A stretch of 63,237 nucleotides of DNA, counting the filler, from Globobulimina sp. (taxonomy: Eukaryota): assembly GCA_003354225.1 (NCBI GenBank). It is 25 parts of 25 records of this genome, joined end to end, with 100 filler letters (N's around TTAATTAATTAA, not from the genome) between each part and the next. Parts side by side here need not be neighbours in the genome. Positions count along the whole stretch, not along the records: positions 20,281 to 22,714 come from PIVH01006704.1; positions 22,815 to 25,248 come from PIVH01006705.1; positions 25,349 to 27,782 come from PIVH01006706.1; positions 27,883 to 30,316 come from PIVH01006707.1; positions 30,417 to 32,849 come from PIVH01006708.1; 20 more parts are not named here. The stretch is one strand, 5' to 3'. The notes beneath the pieces were generated by a model that was not told the DNA's origin, made no database searches, and saw only the letters and a program-made list of their open reading frames with translations. The position numbers and the translations under genes were made by a program. This document shows, piece by piece, positions 20,883 to 32,849 of this stretch; within the stretch, counting starts at the first letter, position 1; each line of letters starts with the position of its first letter.

Positions 20883-22714
20883 ATGGAAGAGAACAAACAT
20901 AACACATCAAATCCATTAGCAAACATCTTAGAAAAGAATAATTTACACGATGCGTTAAATGAAATATTAAGCAAAAATGGTTTGGATTTCGACTGCCTGC
21001 AACAGTTAACTGACGAGAAAGAAACCGATGATTTATGTCAAGAATTAGGTCTTAAAATTAGCCAAAAATTAAAATTAAAAAAATTAATAAAAAAAATACA
21101 TGAGGAGGCAGCACGCCACACACAAACTGATAAACATTACAATCGCATGCATATCGCAGACGAAGTGCATGATTATATAGAAATACCTGAAAATATTAGA
21201 GTTATTCTTGATACTCCAGAATTTCAACGTTTACGGTATTTGAAACAATTGGGGGCCACTTACTTTGTATTTCCAGGCGCCACACATAATCGGTTTGAAC
21301 ACTCATTGGGTGTAATGCATTTAGCGCGGAAATTGGTGCTTAATTTGAGAATGAACCAATCAGATTTACAAATAACAAATGATGAAATATTTTGTGTATC
21401 TGCAGCTGGCTTAGTTCACGATTTGGGACATGGCCCCTTTTCACATGTTTTTGACCATGAATTTGTTACGTTTTATTTTTTATATCTCTTAATTTAATTT
21501 GTGTACATAAATCATGCATTCTTTGTTGGCATTTATTGTTTCCAGGTGCCATCAATGACAAATCACTCTTTTCGCCACGAAGATATGTCGATTAAATTAA
21601 TAAAAAAATTATTTGCCGATAATGAAATATTTATTGAGAACAACTCATTGGAGCTAATATGTGCATTAGTATCGCCATCGACGCATAAAGAGATTGTGGA
21701 TGCCTATAAAGCAAAGGGTCGCGGGTTTTTATTTCAAATAATAGCAAACGAATCGAACGGCATTGATGTGGATAAATGGGATTATTTCTTGCGTGATTCG
21801 CATAATTTAAGTTTAGACATTTCCTTTAAATATACACGCTTATTAACCCATTGCCGAGTGATCAAAGACAACATTTGTTTTGCTGATAAAATAAATTATG
21901 ACGTGCAGATATTATTTAATACTCGCTACGATTTATTCAAACGGGTATACTCGCACAAGACCTCCAAAGCAGTCGAATATATGATTTGTGATATATTGCG
22001 ATTTGCCAATGATAAATTTAAAATTACTGAAAAAATTCAAAATGCAGGTTTGGAATAATATATATTTGAGAGTTGAGAGGTAGCAATTTCTGAATTACAC
22101 ATAGGTGATTTTATGGAATTAACTGATAATATTATTAGTCGTATCCAATGGGAACCGATCACCCTTTGTGATCATAATAAATCGGATCGGAAAGCAAATG
22201 AGAATTTATTGAAAGCGCAAGCATTAATAAACAGGATCTATATTCGCGACCTCTACAAATGTGTGGCATATATTTTGTTAGAATCACGAACTGTGGCAAT
22301 TCATGAAGCGATATTAAAGAAAAATAATGGCAATAATAAAATGCTTATGGAGTGTGATGATGATACCGATAATGATATAGATGCTAAAGAGGAGTTTGAT
22401 GATAGCAGCGAGGTATCATTCAGTAATAAGAAAATTGACTATCATTTTGTAGAAAATGCGTGGAGAAACGAGTTGTTTTCTATCGTAAGAGACGAAAATA
22501 AAACAGACGGATATGAAGGAATGGAGGAAACAGATATTATTTGTCAATTAATGAGCATTTCATACGGATCGGAAAGAGAGCATCCATTGAAAAACGTGTT
22601 TTTTTATAATGCGCGGGAGGCAGAAAGCAGTAAAACCATTGAAAACTATCGTTCTGTCTCATCCTTAATTGTGTCAGAAGGATTTCAAGAGGAAAAAATA
22701 AAAAAATGGAATTC
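20883..22714 (+). CDS. SAMHD1: SAMHD1-like dNTP triphosphohydrolase; introns 21465-21545 and 22048-22104; 3'-truncated
   Basis: SAM-like N-terminus; DTPEFQRLRYLKQLG..YFVFPGATHNRFEHSLGV, HDLGHGPFSH, DVDKWDY..RD, VYSHKT; the GT..AG introns restore the frame. Confidence 0.92.
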
Positions 22715-22960
22715 NNNNNNNNNNNNNNNNNNNNNNNNNNNNNNNNNNNNNNNNNNNNTTAATTAATTAANNNNNNNNNNNNNNNNNNNNNNNNNNNNNN
22801 NNNNNNNNNNNNNNACTCCCAGATTTTGTTCATGTTCGACCAGATAGATCTCACCTCATAAACTATGTAATTATAAGTTTCTTTATTTTCAACATACAGA
22901 GTTGGTGTGACTATACCTATAAATCTTACATGGAAAAACAAATAATTTGGTGGTGTTTCA

Positions 22961-24967
22961 TTATTTTTGGTTAAACGCAAAGTCAGATAAAGCATCAAAC
23001 CATTTCAGGTCATTATCTTTCCGATTCCTATCATTTATCACATTACTATTTCTATTCTGCGGTCCGTTTACATCATTTTGCGACTGGATTACTTGTGTTT
23101 GTTTAATATGATTTTTGTCAATATTTTCCAGAATATTTTGTAAATTTGTTCTAAATTTATTTTCCCCATTAATCCATCCTTTGTTTACGATTCCAACTGC
23201 ATTTATCTCATCCAATAACTCAATAATTTGAAAAGCGCGCCTTATTATATCTATACTATGAGTATGATCATCCTCCTCCTCCTCACAATAATAGCTGTCA
23301 TTATGTATATACTTAAATATTCCACCTTTACTTCCATTCAATTGCAATAAATGAATATTCTCACAAACAATACAATCAATAATATCCACGCAATATATTT
23401 CCATGAATTCCAAAGGTAAATTATTAATTATTTTAGTTAACATATCAAACATTCTCAAATACGCAGTTAACTGCAATGCACAAATTATACCATGCAATTG
23501 CAAATTATGCAATCCATTAATATACCTTTTAACATTACGATCACACAATAAATTGTTAATTAATTGCATCCATCGCATTGCATCCCCGCTATTATCCATT
23601 ACCAATGACTCAAAACATTGTATTGCGCCAAAATAATATATCAAATCATTTATTATTTGCAATGGTACACTCCCATCAGTCCCATGACCACTGGCTAATG
23701 ATTGCAACAACCATTCACATATTATATGCCACGAAGCAATGCTTAACTTACAATTGTTATTTGTTTCCCTTTCTGGCGTTGCATAATACTCAATAATGGT
23801 TTCAAAGTATTTCATATCATGCAATTGCACATTATTTGCATTCACGACATACCGATACGTATCTTGATGCTCACTCAACACACAATGCAATAAATTATGT
23901 TCAATACAATAAATAATTATATCTCCAAACTGCAGCTGGTCGCAGTTGTTGCATAGCTTCATAATCTCCAAAAACAATGCGTTATTATTTGCATTTATAG
24001 CCAACACCACTGCTTTCATAATGTATGTATCCTCCAATTTATTTAAAAAATGCACGATATTTTGCTGTTCTCCGTACCCGTTTTCATTTATCCATTCAAT
24101 GATAACTAATAACCGTTTTATGCTTTCATTCTCGACGCAGCTCTTCCATAACAACGCTAGATTTGTATTACTGAAAATGTTATTAATTCCATTAATATCC
24201 AAACCATGGCCGTGATCTCTCAAATTGATTAGTTTCAAAACTAACTCATCAAATAAATAAAATTGACCCTGTTTTATTATGATAGGAATTAATACGTTCA
24301 TATTATGATAAATATGATATAATAACAGTGTAATATCATTATCATTGTGCTTATTGGTTTGAGTCTGCAATGAATGCAATAAATATTCAAATACTTCGAT
24401 TTCGATTTGTAAATTGTGTCTTTCTGCGGCTGCTGTGCATAAATCACTGTATAATATATATTTATTTCCCATTTTTTTCTGGAACCATTTCATTAGAATT
24501 TTATACACAAAAATGATGTCATTGCGGACATAATATGTATCTAAAATGTGTCGAATGTGTTGTGTTGGGATCTGATTCCATTCGTTGTTGTTAAAACTAG
24601 CGAATAATTCACGTACTGCCCATATTGAATAGTTTGGGCGGGACAATAATTTCTCAATTTTCTCATTCAGATCCAATGCATCGGTATCATTCGACATCAG
24701 TGCATTTATTTGATGTCTGTTCAATGAGTGCGATTTTGATGGCTTTTTGTTTGGAGTGTATTTTGTAGGTTTATTATAATTATAATTAGATTGTGATTGT
24801 GATTGTGAGTCAGTTTGATGAAGTTTGAAGGTGCCATTTCTAATTTGTTGGATCTGTTCTTTTAATTCTTGTTTCCTGCCAATTTTATGCAACTGATGTT
24901 GATTGAGATTATGTCCATTCTGATGCAGATATTCTAATTCTTGTATTTGTTGCAATGTAAATTGCAT
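22961..24967 (-). CDS. Large alpha-helical hypothetical protein
   Basis: Open frame of more than 660 codons in AT-rich DNA; likely start MQFTLQQ at 24967; no recognisable motif. Confidence 0.6.
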   Translation of the reverse strand: MQFTLQQIQELEYLHQNGHNLNQHQLHKIGRKQELKEQIQQIRNGTFKLHQTDSQSQSQSNYNYNKPTKYTPNKKPSKSHSLNRHQINALMSNDTDALDLNEKIEKLLSRPNYSIWAVRELFASFNNNEWNQIPTQHIRHILDTYYVRNDIIFVYKILMKWFQKKMGNKYILYSDLCTAAAERHNLQIEIEVFEYLLHSLQTQTNKHNDNDITLLLYHIYHNMNVLIPIIIKQGQFYLFDELVLKLINLRDHGHGLDINGINNIFSNTNLALLWKSCVENESIKRLLVIIEWINENGYGEQQNIVHFLNKLEDTYIMKAVVLAINANNNALFLEIMKLCNNCDQLQFGDIIIYCIEHNLLHCVLSEHQDTYRYVVNANNVQLHDMKYFETIIEYYATPERETNNNCKLSIASWHIICEWLLQSLASGHGTDGSVPLQIINDLIYYFGAIQCFESLVMDNSGDAMRWMQLINNLLCDRNVKRYINGLHNLQLHGIICALQLTAYLRMFDMLTKIINNLPLEFMEIYCVDIIDCIVCENIHLLQLNGSKGGIFKYIHNDSYYCEEEEDDHTHSIDIIRRAFQIIELLDEINAVGIVNKGWINGENKFRTNLQNILENIDKNHIKQTQVIQSQNDVNGPQNRNSNVINDRNRKDNDLKWFDALSDFAFNQK

Positions 24968-25348
24968 CTTCCATTTTAAGGTATGAATATAATGATTACC
25001 TCGTTGTTTTTTTGTACTGAATGTGTGTTGGATTTGTGTTGTTATCGACAGATAATTGTGTATTATTAATGCGAAATAATAGCTTTTACGTCGTGTAGCT
25101 AACGCCATTGTAATTGTAGATGCATGTGTCCGAAGTTTTCGATGAGTGGGCATAATGGAAAATGATTCTGACACTTTGAACATCAACAATTTTGTGCATA
25201 AAGCATAATGCATTTGCTTTTGCCCTTGAAAATAGTACAATCATTCATNNNNNNNNNNNNNNNNNNNNNNNNNNNNNNNNNNNNNNNNNNNNTTAATTAA
25301 TTAANNNNNNNNNNNNNNNNNNNNNNNNNNNNNNNNNNNNNNNNNNNN

Positions 25349-25657
25349 AAAAAGCAAAGTGCCACTGGGTTTTACATTGGTGAGTATGTTGTGGGTGAAG
25401 CCACCTTGATGGATATTTGTGTTGCTCCAGCTGAGCAAGGGCAAGGCTTTGGTAAGGTATTGCTTAATCAATTTTTAGCGCAAGCTAAAAAATTAGGGGC
25501 GCAAAAAATATTTTTAGAAGTGCGCGCTAAAAATATTTCCGCACAAATGATGTATATGAACGCTGGCTTTATCGAAATTGACCGAAGAACTGGTTACTAC
25601 CCAAGTAGTTCAGGTTTTGGCTATGAAGATGCTATTGTTATGTCACTCAAGTGTTAG
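25349..25657 (+). CDS. rimI: Bacterial ribosomal-protein-alanine N-acetyltransferase, 5'-truncated
   Basis: GEATLMDICVAP..QGQG.G..LL, FLEVRA.N..A..MY...GF....R.GYY....EDAIVM. Confidence 0.88.
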   Translation, partial: KKQSATGFYIGEYVVGEATLMDICVAPAEQGQGFGKVLLNQFLAQAKKLGAQKIFLEVRAKNISAQMMYMNAGFIEIDRRTGYYPSSSGFGYEDAIVMSLKC

Positions 25658-25713
25658 TCTTTCTCTGCACCATTAACTCTGTAACATTAACTCTGCGCTA
25701 TTCACCTTTCCCA

Positions 25714-26130
25714 TCAGCGCTTATTAAATTTTGCAGTGTTATTAACAAATAACAACGTACACTTTGTGCAAGGATATGTGCATACTTTATATGAATGACA
25801 TTGACGATAAATGAGTGTGTCTTGGTACAGCCATTGTATTGCTTTGCTTATGTTGTTATTATTTATAGTTAATGCTAATCGTAACCATTCGTCGTCGAAC
25901 ACATTTCTGATGCACGACTTCATTGTACAAGTGTTGTTTTCTGATTGAAAAAATGTGTACATTGTTTTTGATGTTTTCATCATTGAATATAAATCAAATA
26001 TGTCAATAAATGATCCTATAAATCCCACGATATGATGAGGGAGTTGCTGTAACAACGTTCCATCGCCTTGTTCTGTTTTTGCATCGTCTGATACTGGTTC
26101 TTCTACTTGCATTGATTGAATTTGAGACAT
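25714..26130 (-). CDS. F-box-like protein, first exon/fragment
   Basis: LQQLPHHIVGFIGSFI...DL.....TSK.MY is an F-box consensus. Confidence 0.6.
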   Translation of the reverse strand: MSQIQSMQVEEPVSDDAKTEQGDGTLLQQLPHHIVGFIGSFIDIFDLYSMMKTSKTMYTFFQSENNTCTMKSCIRNVFDDEWLRLALTINNNNISKAIQWLYQDTLIYRQCHSYKVCTYPCTKCTLLFVNNTAKFNKR

Positions 26131-26150
26131 TTAAATTTTTGTGAAAAACT

Positions 26151-27164
26151 TTGAAGCGTATAATAATGGTGTTTTGTGATGGTAATATCTCAGATAATAT
26201 ATTATTTGCTGGATACACTTTGTTCAGCGCTATGCTACTCATTGTATCGGTGCTTGTGATGCATAAATTCATAATACATCAAGAAAATCACAAGGGATTA
26301 TCAACAATATTGTACTACACACAATTAATATTTTGCATAACCACATGCATCCATTTGATTGTCTCGTGCATATTTTATCCCTATATATTTTGTCATGGGT
26401 TTATATACAACGGCATAATCGGCGAATTGATGATATATTTCGGGAGTTATTTCATTCTTATTAATTTATTTTATCTTGTTCTCTTCATGAAATTATACTA
26501 TGTCTTCCAGGAAAGTGTATATAGAATGCATTCCACCACAGTCAAATTATGGATTGTTTTATTTCTTATATCGCCGTGCTTGTATGTTTTATGGTTGTTT
26601 TTAGACAAAGTGGGCTTACAAATAATTGATTTTGTGGTGATTTGGTTTTGGGGAATTATGATTCCGGTTTCTTTGCTCATTTCATTCATTCATAAACTAT
26701 TTAGAGTGTATCGCTTAGTTGAAATTCAATCGAGAATGATGCTAAATGATGAATCTGTTATGGATGACAAGATTTTATCCACCATCACGAAACAAACCAT
26801 CTTAGCATTGATATCCATTCCTTTTACGATCACTATGTCTGTAACCATGGTGTTGGTGCACGAGGACTATTATTTGATTGGATGGTGTATTTTGTTCGAT
26901 GTCTACACCAACTTTAGTTGTCTAATATTTTCATATGAGATATTTTCGCCATATTATATGAAAATGTGTGGATATATTGACATTCGATGCAGGATATGTT
27001 TTCGATATATTTCATATAAAAGCAAAAAAAGACGAATTCCCAGATATTCCTCTAGATCGCAACCAGTTATTATGACACCGACTGCTGATATTTATAGGGA
27101 TATTTGGACGCCAACTGCTGGCGATAAAGACAGTAAAGCTGACAAGTCATTTTCTGCTGATTAA
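26151..27164 (+). CDS. Seven-transmembrane GPCR-like protein
   Basis: Seven hydrophobic segments; C-terminal 'D...N..C...S......Y..MC...D..C'. Confidence 0.7.
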   Translation: MKRIIMVFCDGNISDNILFAGYTLFSAMLLIVSVLVMHKFIIHQENHKGLSTILYYTQLIFCITTCIHLIVSCIFYPYIFCHGFIYNGIIGELMIYFGSYFILINLFYLVLFMKLYYVFQESVYRMHSTTVKLWIVLFLISPCLYVLWLFLDKVGLQIIDFVVIWFWGIMIPVSLLISFIHKLFRVYRLVEIQSRMMLNDESVMDDKILSTITKQTILALISIPFTITMSVTMVLVHEDYYLIGWCILFDVYTNFSCLIFSYEIFSPYYMKMCGYIDIRCRICFRYISYKSKKRRIPRYSSRSQPVIMTPTADIYRDIWTPTAGDKDSKADKSFSAD

Positions 27165-27266
27165 ATCCAGCTGGATTTATACGGGAATCTATTCACAGAT
27201 AATTACATTCGAATTCCTGTGAACATATGTAAATTGTTTAAAAATATAATCTCTTGATAGTTAAAA

Positions 27267-27782
27267 TTAAACACCGATATATTTTGCATATAAAGGTGTG
27301 TCATCAAACACTAACATATTATTTCTCAACCATTCATTTCTTGCACTCTCATTCTCCTTTTTATCATCGCTATCGTCCGCTAATCCTGCAGCACAATGTT
27401 CCAATTGAAAACCATTTGAAGCCCAAAACTGTTCGCCATGCCCAGGAACAGCAGCAACAGACATTAAATCATAGCCATTCGCAATACAATATAATTCAAT
27501 CTCATTCACCATTTGTTTGCCATAATGATTAAATCTGACATGTTCGTAAGTGGATAGGAACACTGTTTCAAACATTAATCTCGTTGAATTTACCTTTTCT
27601 GTTTTTCCATGAACATATCTCCATATCAATGCACATAATAATTCCTCGTCTTTTCCATACATATTATCATATAAAGCCCATATATTTGTATCACCGATAT
27701 TTATCTCAACATTTGTATCGTAAATGAATACTTTCTTATTCTCAATACATGCCTTCATTAACGGTTCCATTGAATCATTAAA
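27267..27782 (-). CDS. GNAT-family acetyltransferase domain, 5'-truncated
   Basis: E..FLST....R..HYG..MV.........D...VAA......FW..NGF. Confidence 0.7.
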   Translation of the reverse strand, partial: FNDSMEPLMKACIENKKVFIYDTNVEINIGDTNIWALYDNMYGKDEELLCALIWRYVHGKTEKVNSTRLMFETVFLSTYEHVRFNHYGKQMVNEIELYCIANGYDLMSVAAVPGHGEQFWASNGFQLEHCAAGLADDSDDKKENESARNEWLRNNMLVFDDTPLYAKYIGV

Positions 27783-27882
27783 NNNNNNNNNNNNNNNNNN
27801 NNNNNNNNNNNNNNNNNNNNNNNNNNTTAATTAATTAANNNNNNNNNNNNNNNNNNNNNNNNNNNNNNNNNNNNNNNNNNNN

Positions 27883-28052
27883 GTGAGCGATTCTTTGATG
27901 AATTGGATGATAATATTACTGTATTTACAATTGGTGATACAGTTACATTTATATTGGATTTGTCAAATGCTAATTTTTTGTATAAAGTGAATGATAAATC
28001 TCCAATAATCATATTTGATGCAATTCAGATCGCTCAAGATATATTATGGTGA
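27883..28052 (+). CDS. SPRY-like C-terminal fragment
   Basis: 'FTIGDTVTFILDL' and '..V.D..P' on the + strand. Confidence 0.4.
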
Positions 28053-28296
28053 TTCAAATGAAAATGCCAAATGATTGTGTTACACTCACTAACTACACAG
28101 TACACAGTCTCTAACATGAATGTATTGTGACAGGCACTTCAGACTCGTAAAAATATCCTTGCACAATTATAACTATGTAAACCACATTGTTTATTCATAT
28201 GGATTGAAATGATATGATATGATTGTTCAAATGCATAAAACTTTACAATATATCATATGGGGACTAAAAGATTACAGATCTAGACTTATTTAAAAA

Positions 28297-28578
28297 TCAA
28301 TCCTTTACTACAGATGCAAATGAGAATGAATTCTGTATATGAATCTCCGGCGGGTTTTCTTCATTATCATCTATATTATATATATTATCATATTCGGTTG
28401 GCTTATGATAAGGTGTTTGTGCTCTATCAACACTTTTTTTTTTCCGCGATTTGTTCAATGATCCATACTGTTCTTTCAATTTTTCCTCATGCTTATGTTT
28501 TGCATGTGTATCGTCAGGAATAAAACAACAAATATTGACGTGCACAACTGAATCCTCAGATGTCAATACATTGCCCAT
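28297..28578 (-). CDS. Small hypothetical protein, possibly N-myristoylated/palmitoylated
   Basis: Starts MGNVLTS and has a CC motif; 93 aa. Confidence 0.45.
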   Translation of the reverse strand: MGNVLTSEDSVVHVNICCFIPDDTHAKHKHEEKLKEQYGSLNKSRKKKSVDRAQTPYHKPTEYDNIYNIDDNEENPPEIHIQNSFSFASVVKD

Positions 28579-28660
28579 TTTTCAACTTATTTTCAATAAA
28601 ATCAACACTTTAACTTTCATCTTTTTTCTACAGTTTTTTACTCTCAACGCTACTTAAATC

Positions 28661-30148
28661 ATGTTCCTGGCAACTTTACCATCTCTGCAGGGAGAAGAAC
28701 ATGACCACGACCGTACCTCTACCATCGACTTTTTAGAGTCACAATGGCGATTCGAGACAGATGGTCTGTTGAAAGAAAGCCTGGAAAGGAAATCCAAACA
28801 AATGCTTGCAGACAAAGAAAATGAATACAATGCACTAATCACCAAACAAAAGGCTGAGATCAAACTGCTGCATAAAAAGTTAAGGCAACAACAGCAGATC
28901 AGAATGGTGGATACCAAAATATTGAGGAAGGCACATTCTCTCAATACACGAAGACTGCTCATTATCACTAAACAAAGGACTCAAATCCAAGCATTCAAGA
29001 AACAGTTACAAAATAAAGCAAAATGCGACAATATTCGGCGACAAATAAAAATATGGAAAGATCGCTGTATGAATATGGAAGTATTAGCAATTGCGAGGTT
29101 GAAAGCAAATGAATGTCTAAAAAATAAACACAAAATACATCAAAATAAAATTAAAAAAAATGAAATTCGAAAATCATTTGGTTGGCAATGGAAAGACAAT
29201 GATAAAATATGGAGGTCATATCCCTATAATATAACAAAACGTGTTGAAGCATTGAAAAGTATGACATCAATGAAGTATATGGCACCAAAAGCGCCCAATT
29301 ATATGTATGAAATCACAAGGTTATCACAACATGCTGGTATACAGAAAAATATTCTGACCAATGTCTGCAGAAATGTCCGGCGTAGCTTTGTCAGTCAATA
29401 TGTGCTGAACGACGATGGCTATCCCGATTGTTGGCATCGTTTAAGTTGTGGTGAATATGGAACGCATAAATTGAATGAAATAGCATTGTCGCATCCCATT
29501 GGACAACATGTTTTAAACAAAGTGTATGAGAGCGTCTGCAAAAGTATTAAAATCGTTAAAATTGAAGCTGTACAAAATCAAATGTTATATGATTCGTATA
29601 TGAATGAGAGGAGAAAACTAATTAAGGTATCATTCCGATGAGGATTTAATATATAAAAAACGAAATTAAATATGTCACATTTCATGCAGTACAGTCATGT
29701 AGTTATATATTATAACTTTAATTTCGTTTTTTAGTATAAATTCTGACTGGAACCATACCAAAAGTTAAACAGAGGGAAAAATTTGAATGAGAAAGAATTA
29801 TTTCATGGAACCGCTGTGGCTGCGATGGAAAATATCCAAATTCAAGGCTTTCGCAAAGAATTTAGTAGCAGAGCGCGGTTTGGTGAGGGTACGTATTTTG
29901 CAAAAGATGCAAATTGTTCATTACATTATTCACAACCAACTACGAAGGGTATTTATAAACTGTTTTTATGTCATGTTATTTGTGGCGAAATGCATGTTGG
30001 TGATGAAAATTATACATTAACCACCTGGCCGCTCAAAAATAATGGATTGATGTACGATTCATTGGTTGATCATGAACAGTATCCGCATATCGTGGTTATT
30101 CATAAAAATGTTCGGGCATATCCTATGTTTGTTATTCATTGTAAATGA
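28661..30148 (+). CDS. Coiled-coil + WWE + PARP catalytic protein (PARP7/11/12-like mono-ART); intron about 29627-29764
   Basis: WQWKD....W..Y (WWE); KIEAVQN..LY..Y, NEKELFHGT, FGEGTYFA, YDSLVD...P.I.VI......YP. Confidence 0.85.
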
Positions 30149-30416
30149 TTTATATGTTTTTATATTGGTTTGAACGCAAATTGTACATTTTTTGAAATTG
30201 CTTCATTCAAATCAAGTTACATACCGTTGAGCTTTTCTTTCCTTTTTTTTTAGCAGTTTGTGAATTATGATGTGGGCCTTTTTTTTTTTTTATTGGAATA
30301 ATAAAAAAAATATCTTNNNNNNNNNNNNNNNNNNNNNNNNNNNNNNNNNNNNNNNNNNNNTTAATTAATTAANNNNNNNNNNNNNNNNNNNNNNNNNNNN
30401 NNNNNNNNNNNNNNNN

Positions 30417-30548
30417 TTATTTTGTTTATTCTTCTCACACACTAGAGCACATGGTTGATCCAGTTGTCTCCCTGAAAAATTGGTGGCGCGTCGTTAAACC
30501 CGGCGGATATTTGTGCTTGTATCTTCCGCATAGAGATTTGTATGAAAA
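30417..30548 (+). CDS. Bacterial class I SAM methyltransferase fragment fused in frame to a eukaryotic ORF
   Basis: FVYSSHTLEHMVDP..SLKNWWRVVKPGGYL.LYLPHRDLYEK. Confidence 0.7.
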
Positions 30549-31725
30549 GAATGAATTTGATATGAAAACACCAATGAATTCATTGCTAAAATTTTATGCG
30601 AAATTCGATGAACCCATAAAATTAATTGACATATTTAATAAATATGAGAAATACACGGATATTTATTCCTATTTTATTATTATAAATCACTACCTCACAA
30701 TGGATGATGTTGAAAATATGCTGAAATATATAAACTTATTCATTGACACTCAATTAATTGCACCATATTTTACAAAGAAAACGCTGCATTCATCCAAGGA
30801 ATTGTATTATAATCAACATATTCGCTTAAAAATACCAAATAATATAATTCTACCTATCGCCAACTATTATGCACAACATTCAAAAATAAATAGTTTACTG
30901 ATTTTAGTACAATATTTGCTGCGAAATGTGGATGTGATTGCTAAACGCGCAAAAACTATTGATTTGGATAAAGATTTGGATGAATTTATAAATTGGGACA
31001 TTAAAGATAATGATGACTTGTTTTTGAATAAATTTCTGAAAAGAATTGATATAAATTGGATAACTTACAAAAAATCCAGAGACCAGGTTCGAATTCAAAT
31101 GGATGTAAATATAGAACTTAGTTTTGTGTTTGAAACATGCGAACCAGATGAAAAAATATGGTTTTCTGTCTTAAAATGTATCGGAAATTGCATGGAAAAC
31201 AATAGTTTTTCGTTACAATGCAATAAAACGAGATGGGACTTAATTGATTGTATTGTAACAATAATGAGAAAACATAAAATATATTTTCATAATAATATGT
31301 TTTACGGATTATTTATTCATTTATGTTATAATGATCTGGACAAAGCCATGCATTTCTATCACAAAATAGTGTCCATTGCGCAGAAGAAGCAAAGGAATGC
31401 AGTACAAGAAACGCGGAATTTTTACAGAGATTTAAACAATTTATTTGTGGATGATTTTGAAACAATTTATCAAGTGAATACAAGGGATGGTTTGGAGAAG
31501 AATGTAAATAATATATTCTTATTTAAACCAACACATAGAGAACTTTTTAATTTGTTAAATGTTGGATGTAAACACCACTGTGATAATATAAAAAAGAAAC
31601 AATTGTTTTGTTTGTGGTGGATTAATGAATTGAAGCGGCTGAGTGTTAAACCAACTTTGACGGCATTACAACTGATCGCAGACGAATGTAACGTGGAAGA
31701 TTACACTCCAAAATTAATTGAATAA
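30549..31725 (+). CDS. PPR-like helical repeat protein, 5' end lost
   Basis: PPR-like segments PDEKIWFSVLKC, MFYGLFIHLC, KPT....NLL, VKPT. Confidence 0.5.
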
Positions 31726-31924
31726 TATCTGTGATAACTGCCTCATTATCAAATCGAGTTGAAACGTAGCAAAATGTGACAATTGTAATGGTAATTTATT
31801 TAATTTATTCCATTTCTTTCACACTGTACTAACGAACATAATTCATACATTGATTAAAGATTTTCCTAGTTTTCGATTCAAGAATGTGAAGAATACTATA
31901 GTACATTTAGTATATTCTTGTCCG

Positions 31925-32849
31925 ATGGCAAGGCACAAACGCAACAAGTTGCATTGTCTTGCAGTTTTTAAAAGGCGCGCACATTTATTTGCGTTGATGG
32001 TTATTATTGAATTAATCGTATATATTTTAGCAGAATGCATTATATTTAACAGTATGAATGGAAATACATTCATCAAATCGTTCTTTAATGTTCATCCACA
32101 ATGCAATGACAATCCATATCCGACAACTTATTATCGCAAACACATAAATGAAAGTGGTTATTCATATTACGTTTATAATATAGCAATTGGTACAATATTG
32201 CTTCGCTACCTGTCACAACAACAAATTGAAAACTATGCAACCGCGATTCAACAAGACTTATTACAAAATATCATGCACAACAATAAAACTTCACATTCGA
32301 AACTGGAAATGCGTAGATTGTATAATTTATATTATAATGAGTTTCATAGTGACTCGTATTTGAGAAAATGCAATGATAGATACACAACTAATTTCTTTGA
32401 CTTTATTCAGTATGGTACTCCATATATCGATGCAAACACAAATGAGTCGCTTCTCTTTTATGATTTGAGCTATTATGATAATGATAACGAGGTAGTGAAT
32501 AAGACAAGATATCGTTGTCCGAAATTATTTGCATACACAGTGAGTGTGGCTAAATCAGGCACGTTGAGTTCACTTGAATTTAGAATGGGAGAAATTAACG
32601 GATTGGACCAACATGACAACACTAAGCATTTATTGCTAAATGGTGTGCACAATCACCTATTATGGAGCGGTGAATGTTATTATGTTTATGATTATAAATA
32701 CCATCGATATACGATGATTTTGGATACAGCCTCTGGCCATTTTAAGCCAAAGATCTATGCAATACCTCATTATTTGGAATATATGTTAGTTGGGAGCTTA
32801 TTTCCTGATTATAATATAACTCATTTATATCAGAGTGATAGGTATAAAC
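31925..32849 (+). CDS. Type II membrane hypothetical protein, 3'-truncated
   Basis: Single N-terminal TM; C-terminal H..L.....SGE.......D..SGHFKP motif. Confidence 0.55.

Noticed and set aside
17747-22714. Phage genes next to SAMHD1 as a defence or anti-defence locus
   Set aside because: They are on different contigs separated by a linker.
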